NCBI GenBank assembly: GCA_050012915.1
Contig: JBEKGG010000001.1
Coordinates: forward strand, 1-56,802
DNA: 56,802 bases
Reading direction: 5' to 3'
From: Terriglobales bacterium
GTDB taxonomy: Bacteria; Acidobacteriota; Terriglobia; Terriglobales; Acidobacteriaceae
Numbering within the stretch: the first letter of the stretch is position 1; each line of letters begins with the position of its first letter. The notes beneath the pieces are model-generated. The model saw nothing but the letters and a program-made list of their open reading frames with translations, was not told the DNA's origin and made no database searches. A program made the translations under genes and the position numbers. Shown piece after piece: positions 56,638 to 56,802 of the stretch.

Positions 56638-56802
56638 ATGAGTGACAGTGACATCGTCAAGGAATTTCTAGTTGAGAGTTACGAAAACCTGGACCGGCTG
56701 GATAGAGAGTTAGTCGGGTTGGAAAAAAATCCCAACGATCGGGACGCGCTCAGCAGCATTTTTCGCACGATTCACACCATTAAAGGAACTTGTGGCTTTC
56801 TG
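56638..56802 (+). CDS. cheA: Chemotaxis histidine kinase CheA, N-terminal HPt (P1) domain only (runs off the window)
   Basis: My translation from the ATG at 56638 gives [55 protein letters not shown]. It contains the canonical HTIKG phospho-His motif of CheA P1. Confidence 0.85.
   Translation, partial: MSDSDIVKEFLVESYENLDRLDRELVGLEKNPNDRDALSSIFRTIHTIKGTCGFL

Noticed and set aside
1-56802. Search by eye for CRISPR arrays, tandem repeats, tRNA T-loop motifs (GGTTCGAATCC-like), tmRNA or RNase P cores, transposase/integrase genes and terminal inverted repeats
   Set aside because: I found none. This was a manual scan only, so short or degenerate elements could have been missed.

Overview
This 56.8 kb window looks like chromosomal DNA from a moderately high-GC, Gram-negative, aerobic heterotroph. 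The gene content resembles Acidobacteriota, but that is inference only. I recognised no rRNA, tRNA, CRISPR array, transposase or integrase.

Layout:
- (1) 1-7505, minus strand: a tightly packed respiratory supra-operon. It runs zinc-ribbon gene, coxB (caa3-type), coxA, coxC, a membrane protein, a diheme cytochrome c, a Rieske protein, a cytochrome b fused to a c-type heme domain, then the start of a CtaG-like assembly factor. coxA is interrupted by a frame break and an apparent short deletion.
- (2) 8249-15171, plus strand: fumC, mqo, a cupin, a ThrE-family exporter, an OprB-type porin and a YoaK-family protein.
- (3) 15305-17737: a sigma-54 activator with no sensor domain, and an ECF sigma factor with no visible anti-sigma gene. 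Both are flanked by long noncoding spacers.
- (4) 18031-25988: a glycogen-to-pentose-phosphate operon (glgP, ROK glucokinase, zwf, glgX, hexose-6-P mutarotase).
- (5) 26171-35169: nhaA, a hydratase, an orphan pstS, several secreted proteins, a lipoprotein and an OprO/P-type porin.
- (6) 35816-53128: the most interesting part.
  - A glyoxylate/oxalate-type module: malate synthase, a class-V glyoxylate aminotransferase, an AAE3-like oxalate-CoA ligase translationally coupled to a PanE-like reductase, and an FCD-GntR regulator.
  - Then an operon that puts a Cdc48/VAT-like double-ring AAA+ ATPase directly upstream of an atypical four-subunit 2-oxoacid:acceptor oxidoreductase. The delta (ferredoxin) subunit of that enzyme carries a large GltD-like NAD(P)H/FAD module.
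  - Then three small genes (unknown, CheY-like receiver, unknown), an orphan alpha-helical protein on the opposite strand, and an oxalate/formate-antiporter-family MFS transporter.
- (7) 53151-56802: a methyl-accepting chemotaxis protein, an MFS transporter and the 5' end of cheA.

Best candidate for an undescribed system: the AAA+ unfoldase plus NAD(P)-wired oxoacid oxidoreductase operon, sitting in an apparent oxalate/glyoxylate island. All functional calls come from motif recognition by eye. No database search was run.
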